64,000 nucleotides of DNA from a virus (IMGVR_UViG_3300045988_183505:63428-127427), one strand, 5' to 3'. Counted from the first letter of the stretch, positions 1 through 8,922 are shown. Notes: generated by a model not told the origin, from the sequence alone. Made by a program: numbers and translations.

Positions 1-2
1 CA

Positions 3-1379
3 TTGCCATCTGGGAAACAGCCAAGAGAACGAAAAACACGACTTGAAAGATTTCGTGACAAATATGCAAACATGGCAGAAAATCAAGACACGTTCGTCAT
101 CAGCAAGCTGTTTGAGGACAACTCATTCCGTCTGAGATACCCTGATGGAAATATGCTTGTTGTTTCCAAGAAAGCAGAAGGCGAATATCGAACCAGCCTT
201 TATCGTAACACCTCTCCTTCCCTGACAATCAATGGTGCTTCTTCTGAAATTGGTGTCTGGAAAAGCGAAAACGGCAGAATCTCTGCCAACTTTACTTTGC
301 CAAATGAGCCGTCAGTCAGCATCTTGTTCCATTCCGCAGAGATGAAAGAATATCTCCAGACTATCGGTGTGCCGAAAGATATGATTCAGCAGCTGTCTGA
401 CAATACATCTAACGGCAAATCGGAACGTGTCAACAAGGCTGATTTTGAGAAGGTGCAGAAATTATATGACACTATCAGAGATTCCTTCGATAACGGCGTA
501 AATCAAATGGGCGAGGTCGTAGCAGACCATTGCCTTTCTATGCACCACCCCACATTTGGCAAGGGACATACCTATATCAATCTCAAACCAGAAGGAGTTT
601 TGAGAGATGTGCTTTCAATTGGATTTGACAGAAATGGTACTCCTACAACTCTGAATTATAAGCCTAATGCCAATGGACGGTTTGAGCCAATATACAATTT
701 GATTACAAATGACTTTGTTGGTGAAGCTGGTGCAAAGCTGTACGGTACAAATCCTGACTTCCACAGAGCTATGCAGCGGATTATCAAATCAATAGATAAA
801 ACCAGTGCATATCAGGCAGCATCTCTGCCGAATCCGAAAGCGGAAGAAATGAAGCGTGCCGGTGATGTAGTGAGCCGTTCTTTCCAGAGCAAAAGTAAAT
901 ATTCTGCCCTCAATCAGGAACGTACCGGCGTAATGCAGGAATGGTACAAGGCAGCTATCTTAATGGGTGCTGCTACAGAACTCGGAGACACTGCGTTGAG
1001 AAATTCTGCAATGCAGATTATGCAGAATGTTGTAGAGGGACACACCGGAAGTCAAAATGGATTCAAAAACATGGTAGAGCTTATGGAGAAATCCGAAACC
1101 TACAAAATGGAGATGGCTCGTTTTCAGGCAAAAGATTTGAAGGAAATCTTTTCACAGGACTGCACACAGGAAATGCGTGGCAGCAAAGATAACAACACTC
1201 TTTTTCAGGACGCAATCCGCAATTTGGCTGGCAGAATCGGCGGTGCAGAAGCTATGACTGCTATTGCCGCTGCACAGCACTTTCAGCAGGAACAGGTTGA
1301 AAAAGAATTGCAGGCACAGAAACAGGAGCGGAAGCCGAAAAAGAGCTACGGTAAATCAGGAAGTGAGGAAAGAACATAA
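3..1379 (+). CDS. hypothetical protein, 5' end cut by window edge
   Basis: Frame is open from the window edge to TAA at 1377-1379, whose last base is shared with the next ATG (TAATG). 458 aa, no motif recognised. Confidence 0.6.
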   Translation: MPSGKQPRERKTRLERFRDKYANMAENQDTFVISKLFEDNSFRLRYPDGNMLVVSKKAEGEYRTSLYRNTSPSLTINGASSEIGVWKSENGRISANFTLPNEPSVSILFHSAEMKEYLQTIGVPKDMIQQLSDNTSNGKSERVNKADFEKVQKLYDTIRDSFDNGVNQMGEVVADHCLSMHHPTFGKGHTYINLKPEGVLRDVLSIGFDRNGTPTTLNYKPNANGRFEPIYNLITNDFVGEAGAKLYGTNPDFHRAMQRIIKSIDKTSAYQAASLPNPKAEEMKRAGDVVSRSFQSKSKYSALNQERTGVMQEWYKAAILMGAATELGDTALRNSAMQIMQNVVEGHTGSQNGFKNMVELMEKSETYKMEMARFQAKDLKEIFSQDCTQEMRGSKDNNTLFQDAIRNLAGRIGGAEAMTAIAAAQHFQQEQVEKELQAQKQERKPKKSYGKSGSEERT

Positions 1380-3103
1380 TGCCGGAAATCACACTCGATG
1401 AGCTTTTACAGGAAGTGAAAGCAAAGGAAGAAAAGATGGGTGAATCGCCGGACGTTACTGCCAAAATCAATTTGACAGCTACACGACTGGAACAAACGGC
1501 ACGGTCTGGTTCTGTAAAGATTCTGACAGACTACGATGCAGACGGTATTTGTTCCGCATTCATTATGCAAAGGACAATTCAGAGCATTGCTCCAGACACC
1601 CATGTGGAAGTACAGTGCAATGACCGCAGAGGCTCATATGGCGTTTCCAGTGAGATAGAAAGTGATGGTGTTTCAAAGTATATCGTACTGGATATGGGAA
1701 GCAACCAGCTCCAGCAGTTACAAGAAACATTAGGTGATGATGTTATTATCATTGACCATCACTTAATAGAAGAACAGATAAACATAGATGCTTTCAATTA
1801 CAATACACGTCTTTTGAATCCGCATAGTATGTCTTATGAAGAAGGCAACAGTGCAGATTATTGTGCAACAGGGCTTGTATATCGTCTCTATCAGCAAATG
1901 CAGGAACGTATCCCAGAAATGATACATAGCGAAAAGCAAGACAACACTATCGCTATTATGGCAGCAATCGGCACTGCTGCGGATATGGTCGATGTTATGG
2001 ATATGCGTTCCAACAATCGACAGATTCTGAAAGACGGCGTAGAAAAGATAAATAATGCAGACGAGAACAACATTGAATATCCGATTGGCTATATGCTTGC
2101 TACAGCTGGTATCGGGCAGGACGATGTGACCGCCCATGATGTAGCTTTCAATGTTGGTGCATTCCTGAATGCAGCTTCACGAATGAGTGAAATCCTGCAA
2201 GAAAACGGTGCTCAGAGAATGTATGATGCTATCTCCAGCGGAGACAATCCGGCAACTTATCAGCAGATTGATATACTTGCCGAAATCAACAAAGACCGGA
2301 AAGCTTACATCAGTGAACTTACCGGTACTGAAAGCTATCGTCAATTCTTAGAAGAACAGAGAAATAGCCCCAACAACATTGCCCTTTATGAATTGCCACA
2401 GGATACCCCAGCTGCCTTTGCTGGACTTGTTGCAGGCAAGTTGGCAGAAGCAACGGACAAAGCTATCATCTGTGTCACTTACAGTTCCAGCAGAGAATGC
2501 TATACCGGAAGCGGCAGAAATGTTGCATCAAACGAAACTGGCTTGAAAGATTTTTTGGACAGCCTTGATTTAAGCGATAAGATGCAGTACGGCGGTCATA
2601 CAGACGCTATCGGCATTTCACGACTAGATGATATACGCTTTCTGGAAAGTCGCTTAGAAGCCAATATAAACGCTATGGAACGCAAGTCAGGCGACAGGCT
2701 GGTATTGAAAATGTCTCCGCAGGAACTATCCTCTCCTGAGACCTTGGAAAAAATGAAAGCAATCGAACCCCTTGGCACTGGATTAAAGCTTCCACCTATG
2801 GAGATAGAGGGGAAAGAACAATATCGAAATGGTTTGTACGTCAAAAAGAATCCGTCATGGAAAAAGGTGCGTATCAAAGCGGACGATACAACATTGAATA
2901 TTCCAGACTGGTCATACTCCCCTGCCTCTTATCCGCAGGACAGCAAAGGGAACATCAAAATTCTTGCAGAAGTCGGACTGAACTCATTCAATGGGCAGAG
3001 CGTTGAACTCACTGCAAAATTTGACCGTTCTTTCCAACAAGAACGCCAGAAGGAACTCCAGCATGATAAACCAGCACCGAAAAAAGGTGCGGAAAGGGAA
3101 TAA
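1379..3103 (+). CDS. DHH/DHHA1-family phosphoesterase, RecJ-like ssDNA exonuclease
   Basis: DHH motifs occur in order: DYDADG, VLDMG, IIIDHH, GTAADMVDV. A DHHA1-type GGHTDAIG lies near the C-terminus. Confidence 0.8.
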   Translation: MPEITLDELLQEVKAKEEKMGESPDVTAKINLTATRLEQTARSGSVKILTDYDADGICSAFIMQRTIQSIAPDTHVEVQCNDRRGSYGVSSEIESDGVSKYIVLDMGSNQLQQLQETLGDDVIIIDHHLIEEQINIDAFNYNTRLLNPHSMSYEEGNSADYCATGLVYRLYQQMQERIPEMIHSEKQDNTIAIMAAIGTAADMVDVMDMRSNNRQILKDGVEKINNADENNIEYPIGYMLATAGIGQDDVTAHDVAFNVGAFLNAASRMSEILQENGAQRMYDAISSGDNPATYQQIDILAEINKDRKAYISELTGTESYRQFLEEQRNSPNNIALYELPQDTPAAFAGLVAGKLAEATDKAIICVTYSSSRECYTGSGRNVASNETGLKDFLDSLDLSDKMQYGGHTDAIGISRLDDIRFLESRLEANINAMERKSGDRLVLKMSPQELSSPETLEKMKAIEPLGTGLKLPPMEIEGKEQYRNGLYVKKNPSWKKVRIKADDTTLNIPDWSYSPASYPQDSKGNIKILAEVGLNSFNGQSVELTAKFDRSFQQERQKELQHDKPAPKKGAERE

Positions 3104-4078
3104 ATGATGGGCAGTTATATTGATAAAAAAACCAGAGAAGCTATGGCGAATGAACCGTCAATGCAGGAAGTTGCTGACGCTGCATTGAAAAAGGCTGATG
3201 CCTTGATGCACGACTTGCAAGAAATCAACCTTGACGTTTACATAGACAAAAAAGGAGCTGAACAGCATAGCAAGGCAAAAGTATCTGTTCGCCAGAGTAT
3301 GATGCGTGATGATAATGGAAAGTACACCATTCCAGAAATACACAAAGATGGTTCTCCAGCATACGTTTATGAAATCGGTATTATGCACGGTAATGAAACA
3401 GTCGCCCTTACCGGAAAAGATACAAATGATTGTAATTATATTGGTGTCCGGAAATGGGATAATGAAGCTCCAAATAAAAAAGGTACGACTGGAAATATGA
3501 CCTATTTCAGAGAAGCGGATATTTCCGGTGCAGACCTAAAGCCTACTACGAAAGCTGTTGCTGCTTATGCCAGAGAATCCGGCTTTGTAAAGGAAACGGT
3601 TTGGAAGCAGCGAAAGCAGGAACATTCTTCTCCAGAAACACCCAAGGCAACTCAGCCGCAAAAGTCCTCTCCTGCTCCAAAGGAACTTTCAATGCAGGAA
3701 AGAGCAGAAAATGTAAACGATTTTCTTCGTGCAAAAACTCCCAAAATGATTGTTCAGGGGCGGCTTGTTTCTGACGGTACAGCAGAATATCGTAATGACG
3801 AACATCACGGCGAACGGATTCTTATGGTAAGCAGAAGCTGCAATGCGGCTGTAACAGTCAGAGATACTGAACAGGGTGCATCTGTTGAAATCGGAGTTCG
3901 TAATAAGGACGGCAACATTGAACGCTTCTCCGGTAATACAAATTGGGACATAGATAAGTATATTACCGACAGCACATTTGCCACCGCTATAAAGAACGTA
4001 AAAGCTGAAATTGATAAGTCACATGGTCTGACACCGGAACACGGTTCTACCAGACCAAAAAGTAACATCGAAAGATAA
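3104..4078 (+). CDS. hypothetical protein
   Basis: ATG immediately after the previous stop. 324 aa, followed by a hairpin terminator, no motif recognised. Confidence 0.6.
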   Translation: MMGSYIDKKTREAMANEPSMQEVADAALKKADALMHDLQEINLDVYIDKKGAEQHSKAKVSVRQSMMRDDNGKYTIPEIHKDGSPAYVYEIGIMHGNETVALTGKDTNDCNYIGVRKWDNEAPNKKGTTGNMTYFREADISGADLKPTTKAVAAYARESGFVKETVWKQRKQEHSSPETPKATQPQKSSPAPKELSMQERAENVNDFLRAKTPKMIVQGRLVSDGTAEYRNDEHHGERILMVSRSCNAAVTVRDTEQGASVEIGVRNKDGNIERFSGNTNWDIDKYITDSTFATAIKNVKAEIDKSHGLTPEHGSTRPKSNIER

Positions 4079-4100
4079 GAGAATTGTATTAAAGAAACGA

Positions 4101-4132
4101 AGCCCTGCTCCAGACGGAGCAAGGCTTTTTTG
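4101..4132 (+). terminator. Rho-independent terminator between convergent genes
   Basis: AGCCCTGCTCC-agac-GGAGCAAGGCT followed by TTTTTT. It lies between the stop of 3104-4078(+) and the stop of the integrase(-). Confidence 0.7.
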
Positions 4133-4133
4133 T

Positions 4134-5261
4134 TTATATCGCATCTAACACATTGACCGCTTCTTCATACTGGTCGTTTGTCAAATGAATATAGATATTG
4201 TAAGTGGTTGTGACACTGGAGTGACCCAGCAATTTTGAAACCACTTTTATATCAATCTTCTTTGCCAGTAGCAAACTGCCAAATGTATGTCTTAATTCAT
4301 GTGTTGTCAGCATTGGCAAATTTCCTGCCTTGCACACCTGCTGCAAATGATACCGGATTATCTCTCGCTCAGGAAGATTTCCATTGCTTTGTACAAAAAC
4401 ATACTCCGAACTTTTTACTTTTCGGAAGTAAGCAATCAATTCCCTTGCCTGCCTGTCAAGCGGTATCTTACGAATACTACATTCTGTTTTTGGTGTTTTC
4501 AGAACAAAATCGCTGCCGATTGTATTAAACTTATCATCATATTCGTTTATACGGATTCTGTTGTGATTGATAAATATTGCGTCATTTCTTACATCGCACC
4601 ATCGAAGCCCCATCAGCTCTCCGACACGAACACCGGTATGTGCGATAAACAATAACATCAATCTCGTATTTGTAACTTCTTCATACGACTTTCCTTTCAT
4701 TATGGTGTTTGTAAATATTCGCATTTCTTCCTCGTCAAAAAAGACGTGTTCTTTCTGCTCCAAAAACATATTCTTCTTCAATGTCAATTTCGACACTGGA
4801 TTTATTGTCATTAGTTTCTCTGTAACCGCCAGCTCGAACATCTCCAGAAGAACCTGTTTTATTCTCTTTGCAGTTCCATACCGAATACTCTTTTTATACC
4901 CAAGAAAAAAGTCCATCAACATTTTTGTCGTAATGCACGTCACTGGTTTGTTGACAAAATCGTACTCAGAACCTTTTAATGTTGTGATATAACTTACATA
5001 AGTATCATACGTTGCAAGTCCTGTCGTATCTCTTGTTTTGGTCAAAAAATGCTTGTAATATTCCAGCACTGTTGTTCTTGTCAGCAGCCGGATTCCATTT
5101 TCTTCTCGATATGTCTGATATGCTTTGAAGCGTTCCAAACAAATCGCTTTTGTTTTTCCGGTAAACGATTTTCTCCCCTCTGGGAATGTATACCGATATG
5201 TATACAATTTCTTTGTACTAGAAAAATTCCATGACCCCTCTCCGTTTGCTCTTTTACCCAT
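4134..5261 (-). CDS. tyrosine recombinase / phage integrase
   Basis: Carries the canonical C-terminal box HELRHTFGS...LLGHSSVTTTYNIYIHL and TGVRVGEL. The ORF track starts at 5306, but the ATG at 5261 (MGKRANGEGS) follows GGAG and leaves the upstream repeats non-coding. Confidence 0.9.
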   Translation of the reverse strand: MGKRANGEGSWNFSSTKKLYTYRYTFPEGRKSFTGKTKAICLERFKAYQTYREENGIRLLTRTTVLEYYKHFLTKTRDTTGLATYDTYVSYITTLKGSEYDFVNKPVTCITTKMLMDFFLGYKKSIRYGTAKRIKQVLLEMFELAVTEKLMTINPVSKLTLKKNMFLEQKEHVFFDEEEMRIFTNTIMKGKSYEEVTNTRLMLLFIAHTGVRVGELMGLRWCDVRNDAIFINHNRIRINEYDDKFNTIGSDFVLKTPKTECSIRKIPLDRQARELIAYFRKVKSSEYVFVQSNGNLPEREIIRYHLQQVCKAGNLPMLTTHELRHTFGSLLLAKKIDIKVVSKLLGHSSVTTTYNIYIHLTNDQYEEAVNVLDAI

Positions 5262-5295
5262 ACATCTCCTGTTCCGTTGGCTTATATACTGGATT

Positions 5296-5332
5296 TGGTA
5301 GACCAAAATGGTATACCAACGGGTATGCCAAC
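5296..5332. repeat. three spaced GGTATACC-type palindromic boxes upstream of the integrase
   Basis: ggtagaccaa / ggtataccaac / ggtatgccaac at 5296, 5310 and 5322. The core GGTATACC is self-complementary. Confidence 0.6.
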
Positions 5333-5390
5333 CCTAATAAATCCCAATAAACGTTGTCATGTAATAACGGTCGTTGTTACCACACTACAA

Positions 5391-5419
5391 ATGTTATCAT
5401 CTACTATATGTCTTGTCAA
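5391..5419 (-). promoter_or_regulatory. candidate sigma-A promoter reading toward the integrase
   Basis: Minus strand reads TTGACA (5419-5414), 17 nt, TAACAT (5396-5391). Confidence 0.4.
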
Positions 5420-5575
5420 GAGAATTGCCAAAAAAGCAAGTAAAATCAAGGCTTAAAACAAAATAAAAGAGACAATCACCGAACGATTGCCTCTTTTGGA
5501 GAAGGTATTTTTGTTACTTATGGGGTGTAAGAAAAATGTCCTTTTTTCCCTTATTTTATCAGCTTTTTGAACTGT

Positions 5576-5598
5576 GGTATACCAACCAATATACCAAT
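5576..5598. repeat. second cluster of GGTATACC-type boxes
   Basis: ggtataccaac at 5576-5586 and aatataccaat at 5588-5598. Same motif as at 5296-5332. Confidence 0.55.
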
Positions 5599-5661
5599 AG
5601 TTTTTCATTACATCAGCTATACAAAGTGCAATCTCTCTGCTACTATTATACCACAGATGCA

Positions 5662-5692
5662 AAAAAAGCACCATAGCTGGGACTATGGTGCT
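5662..5692 (-). terminator. Rho-independent terminator (minus strand)
   Basis: Perfect 9-bp stem GCACCATAG / CTATGGTGC with a 6-nt loop. Followed on the minus strand by a U7 run (plus-strand aaaaaaa at 5662-5668). Confidence 0.8.
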
Positions 5693-5797
5693 TGTGAAAT
5701 AAAAGTGATACACGCACATTCTGCGTTGCTTGCAATGCCACTCCCAATATTTCATGGGAGATTTTCTTCTTTCGTGAATGGTCTGCACCATCTCACA
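5662..5797 (-). ncRNA. candidate ~135-nt small RNA bracketed by a consensus promoter and a terminator
   Basis: Lies between promoter 5804-5832 and terminator 5662-5692. Contains hairpins GATGGT/ACCATT and CTCCCA/TGGGAG. The only ORF here lacks an RBS and runs through the terminator stem. Confidence 0.3.
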
Positions 5798-5803
5798 GTT
5801 ACT

Positions 5804-5832
5804 ATTATATCAGTTTACATAATACAAGTCAA
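5804..5832 (-). promoter_or_regulatory. near-consensus sigma-A promoter
   Basis: Minus strand reads TTGACT (5832-5827), 17 nt, TATAAT (5809-5804). Confidence 0.55.
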
Positions 5833-5946
5833 TGAAACGCTGATAAAATCTACGTTTTAGCCAGATTTGCGAATTGCATTTTCAGCATAATTGCCGAAAT
5901 AAACAAAAATAAACACTTGTAAACCACATAATAATAAGGAACAAAC

Positions 5947-6264
5947 TCAGCTCATAAGCTCTAGCCAATTCGCAGCATCTTCAAATCCACCCTTGCGGAG
6001 CAGGTCTGCGATTGAATCTTCGCCTTCAACTGTACCGTTTGCATTCCTTACGAATACGCTAAGTCGTTCTACAACGCTTGTTAAAGAAGTAATCTCAGAT
6101 TGCAAAGACTGAAACGCCTCTGTCGTGTTGTCATTATCATTCATTGCTGAAAAAATCATGAATTGGCTCATATTCATGCCAAGTTTCTCGGCTTTATTCC
6201 GAATGGCTTCATACTGTGCTTCTGTCATTCGGATTTGTACCGGTTTGGTCTTGTTTTCTGCCAT
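5947..6264 (-). CDS. ribbon-helix-helix protein (MobC/CopG-like)
   Basis: MAENKTKPVQIRMTEAQYEAIRNKAEKLGMNMSQF is a typical RHH N-terminus. The ATG at 6264 is preceded by AGGAGG and abuts the upstream stop at 6267. The ORF-track start at 6423 would overlap that gene. Confidence 0.7.
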   Translation of the reverse strand: MAENKTKPVQIRMTEAQYEAIRNKAEKLGMNMSQFMIFSAMNDNDNTTEAFQSLQSEITSLTSVVERLSVFVRNANGTVEGEDSIADLLRKGGFEDAANWLELMS

Positions 6265-6266
6265 GT

Positions 6267-6734
6267 TTATTGCCTCCTGCTTTTTTTGCTGTTGAAAGTT
6301 ATCACACATAACGCAACCTCTCCTATAAAGATAGACAATGCCGGTATCATACCAAATACTACGCCAAATGCCTGAAATTCCATACCATTTAGAACACTGT
6401 CTTGATTTATTTGTATAATCCACACGTTATGCAATATTGTAAATATGATACTGTAAGTTAGCATTGCCGTCAACACCAGCCACTCTACCAAAAGTAATAG
6501 CATTTTCTGAAACGGCAAAGGCTTTCGTGTAAGAAAATACAGTACCGGAATCACAATTGGCATTCCTAATGCGTATAAGCCAAGCACAGTTGTGCTGCTT
6601 CCTTTCTGGACAGCGTAATCTAATCCCGAAAAAACTATCCAACAAATCAGCTGCACCCAAGCACATTCTGCAAGCCTTGCATAAAAGAACCTTTCCTCTG
6701 CTTTTTTATTCTTTAAGTTCATGGTTCTTTTCAC
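6267..6734 (-). CDS. integral membrane protein
   Basis: 155 aa with about four hydrophobic helices. Tightly packed in the same-strand array. Confidence 0.6.
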   Translation of the reverse strand: MKRTMNLKNKKAEERFFYARLAECAWVQLICWIVFSGLDYAVQKGSSTTVLGLYALGMPIVIPVLYFLTRKPLPFQKMLLLLVEWLVLTAMLTYSIIFTILHNVWIIQINQDSVLNGMEFQAFGVVFGMIPALSIFIGEVALCVITFNSKKSRRQ

Positions 6735-6749
6735 CTGATTCTTCTTATC

Positions 6750-6992
6750 TCATACCAAAATGGAAGACAGGGCAGCCATAGCTTTCTCCACATCTTCTTC
6801 CTCTCCAGACAAAACCAGCTCTACCGGCTCAGAAATGTTCAACGAAAAGATTCCCATAATGCTTTTGGCATCAACAACAAATCTTCCTGAACGAAGTTCT
6901 GCGTCCAGCGGCTGTTCCGAAATAACACGGACAAATTCTTTTACCTTTGCCACCGTCTCAATGTGAATGCGTGTACTTACCTTGCTCTGCAC
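6750..6992 (-). CDS. HPr-fold (PTS phosphocarrier-like) small protein
   Basis: 80 aa. VDAKSIMGIFSL matches the HPr Ser46 block (KSIMG). The His15 context GIHARP is not conserved (RIHIET). Confidence 0.65.
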   Translation of the reverse strand: MQSKVSTRIHIETVAKVKEFVRVISEQPLDAELRSGRFVVDAKSIMGIFSLNISEPVELVLSGEEEDVEKAMAALSSILV

Positions 6993-7039
6993 AAAAATCA
7001 GCTCCTAATACATTTATTCCAGCCGGATTCCGGCATGGT

Positions 7040-7258
7040 TCACTTATTGTTTTGCAAAGTCTGCAAATCCTTTGCCAATGATTTGCTCGTAATAAAATAG
7101 GATATGCCTTGAACAAAAAACAACCCTATCACAAGAAGAAATTGCCAACTCGATTCTGCTGCAATCAGTCCCATAATTAAGAACCCTTTCAGCATAAAAT
7201 CCGCAGAACGAACAAGAGTAATCTTTCTTTTCAGTTCTGCTATATTCTTATTCTGCAT
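7040..7258 (-). CDS. small membrane protein
   Basis: 72 aa with two hydrophobic segments. Same-strand array. Confidence 0.5.
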   Translation of the reverse strand: MQNKNIAELKRKITLVRSADFMLKGFLIMGLIAAESSWQFLLVIGLFFVQGISYFITSKSLAKDLQTLQNNK

Positions 7259-7272
7259 TTTATCGCCTCTTA

Positions 7273-7731
7273 TCAGACTTTCAGTTCCACCTTCTGCGAA
7301 TCATAATTCAGATGCAAATTGATGCAAATGTCCTCAGCAATATAGTTTTCTGTTTCTTGACCATAAGCACTGTAAAACTTTTTTACCGTGCTATAAGGAA
7401 CTTTTTCGCATAGTTCCTTGCTGGTATATGGAGTAATGAAATACAGCATTCGATAAATCAATCCAATAAAGCCTGCAACATCTGCTTCTTCATCATCTGC
7501 TTTTTTTACTGCATTTTCTTTTAATTTATCGTCCGCTTCTTCCAAAATGAAATCCATACATTCTACTGGGGTTTCCAACTGAAATCTGGAATACAATACA
7601 TCAAATGCTCTTGAACAAAAATCGGAACTCAGAAAGAAATTTGAAAACTGCTCTATTTCATATCCGTGTCTTGCGGCATACTCATACAACCTCTGTTGTG
7701 TTCTGCAAATTTTATAATCAATGCCGTCCAT
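7273..7731 (-). CDS. hypothetical protein
   Basis: 152-aa ORF in the same-strand array. No motif recognised. Confidence 0.55.
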   Translation of the reverse strand: MDGIDYKICRTQQRLYEYAARHGYEIEQFSNFFLSSDFCSRAFDVLYSRFQLETPVECMDFILEEADDKLKENAVKKADDEEADVAGFIGLIYRMLYFITPYTSKELCEKVPYSTVKKFYSAYGQETENYIAEDICINLHLNYDSQKVELKV

Positions 7732-7776
7732 ATCTGCTCACCTGCCTTTCTTATGAACACTACATATTTTATCATT

Positions 7777-8595
7777 TTACGCCGTTGCTCTGCAAGCAAA
7801 CAAGTGTTTCTGCTTCGCAATATACTCCAGCATAATACGATTAAATTCATCTGTACTGTCAATGTTGCAAACATGACCAGAATGCTTCAAAACCACAAGT
7901 TCTGCGTTCGTCTGCATTGCCTCAGTGGTTGCACCTTTCAAAAAGCACTTATCCCACTCCCCCAGAATGTAGCAGTTGCTCTTGTGCTTCTTTTCTGCAA
8001 ATCGTTTTACCAGCGAAAAATGCTCTTTGAAAATATTCATATAAGCCTTGAACTCATACTTGTTCAAAGCTTTTGCACACTCACAGAATAACTTTCGGCT
8101 TTTTCTGCTTACTCGCATAGGCATTAAAATTTTGCTGAATATTCGATACACAAGCTTAAAAGGCAGCTTGTCTCCTATTTTTGAGAAGACGTTGACTGCC
8201 CCTTTCAGAAACGTTCCAACATCACCAATTGCTCCTACCAAAATTCCGTTCCGCACATATTTAGGATAATACATCTCTATGTACTTGACAAACACTGTTC
8301 CCAGCGATACTCCCATAAAAACGGCTTCCCGAATATGATACTTTTCCAACACTTGAAGGATTTCTTGTGTAATCACCGCCATTCCAGCATTTTGCAATTG
8401 TGTCAATTTGACATTTCCATCATAATGGCTTGGCAAATTGATTGCCAGCACGTTTGACACTTTTTGCAGCTCTGGTATCTGTTTCTTCCAGACACGATGA
8501 TTGCCGCCAAATCCATGCAGCAGCACTGTAAACTCCATAACATCTGCACTATTGCATGGATATAGTATATGGTGTAGCACCTTTTCGATTCCCAC
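7777..8595 (-). CDS. alpha/beta-fold hydrolase
   Basis: HG box LLHGFGGN, nucleophile elbow GVSLG, and a C-terminal GH (KHSGHV). Confidence 0.8.
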   Translation of the reverse strand: MGIEKVLHHILYPCNSADVMEFTVLLHGFGGNHRVWKKQIPELQKVSNVLAINLPSHYDGNVKLTQLQNAGMAVITQEILQVLEKYHIREAVFMGVSLGTVFVKYIEMYYPKYVRNGILVGAIGDVGTFLKGAVNVFSKIGDKLPFKLVYRIFSKILMPMRVSRKSRKLFCECAKALNKYEFKAYMNIFKEHFSLVKRFAEKKHKSNCYILGEWDKCFLKGATTEAMQTNAELVVLKHSGHVCNIDSTDEFNRIMLEYIAKQKHLFACRATA

Positions 8596-8598
8596 CTT

Positions 8599-8778
8599 TC
8601 AGATTTCTCTCAGGAATCTCTGACCAACCAGCATTCCGTGGCTCGATTCGTATTCTTTGATTTCTTTATGACTAAGTGTCATGCAGCAAATATCCCAACC
8701 GTCCTGAAACATATACTGATAGTATCTTATCAGCATATCCGTTCCCTTCAAGTACCACTTGCCGTTTCTCTTTTCCAC
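8599..8778 (-). CDS. small hypothetical protein (paralog of 8782-8922)
   Basis: GTG start preceded by GGAAGGTG. 59 aa ending ...EYESSHGMLVGQRFLREI, and the stop abuts the hydrolase start. Below the ORF-track size cutoff. Confidence 0.4.
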   Translation of the reverse strand: MEKRNGKWYLKGTDMLIRYYQYMFQDGWDICCMTLSHKEIKEYESSHGMLVGQRFLREI

Positions 8779-8781
8779 TTG

Positions 8782-8922
8782 TTACACCTTCCCATAAAAC
8801 GTCTTGTAAACCAGCACCCCATGCTGTCTTTCCTTTGCCTGTTTTTCGGCTTTGCTGAACCCTCTTGCGATAACACAATAGCCGTCTGCAAATGTAAATG
8901 TATAGTAATTGTATTTTGTCAC
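8782..8922 (-). CDS. small hypothetical protein (paralog of 8599-8778)
   Basis: GTG start. 46 aa (M)TKYNYYTFTFADGYCVIARGFSKAEKQAKERQHGVLVYKTFYGKV. Shares the motif F/L-S-x-x-E-x(4-5)-HG-x-LV with the next ORF. Confidence 0.4.
   Translation of the reverse strand: MTKYNYYTFTFADGYCVIARGFSKAEKQAKERQHGVLVYKTFYGKV

Noticed and set aside
941-3500. Internal or antisense short ORFs within the three plus-strand genes (941-1192, 1261-1470, 1763-2137, 2596-2877, 3158-3388)
   Set aside because: They are nested in longer, motif-supported frames. No independent evidence supports them.
5453-5860. ORFs 5453-5791(-) and 5567-5860(+) in the integrase-RHH intergenic region
   Set aside because: No Shine-Dalgarno sequence. 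They cross a perfect terminator hairpin and promoter elements, and their composition is odd. The region is better explained as regulatory or sRNA.
8782-8784. The in-frame TAA between two homologous halves, read as stop-codon reassignment
   Set aside because: All other genes in the window read cleanly with the standard code and use TAA as a stop. The second half has its own RBS and GTG start. Tandem genes or a split gene are more likely.
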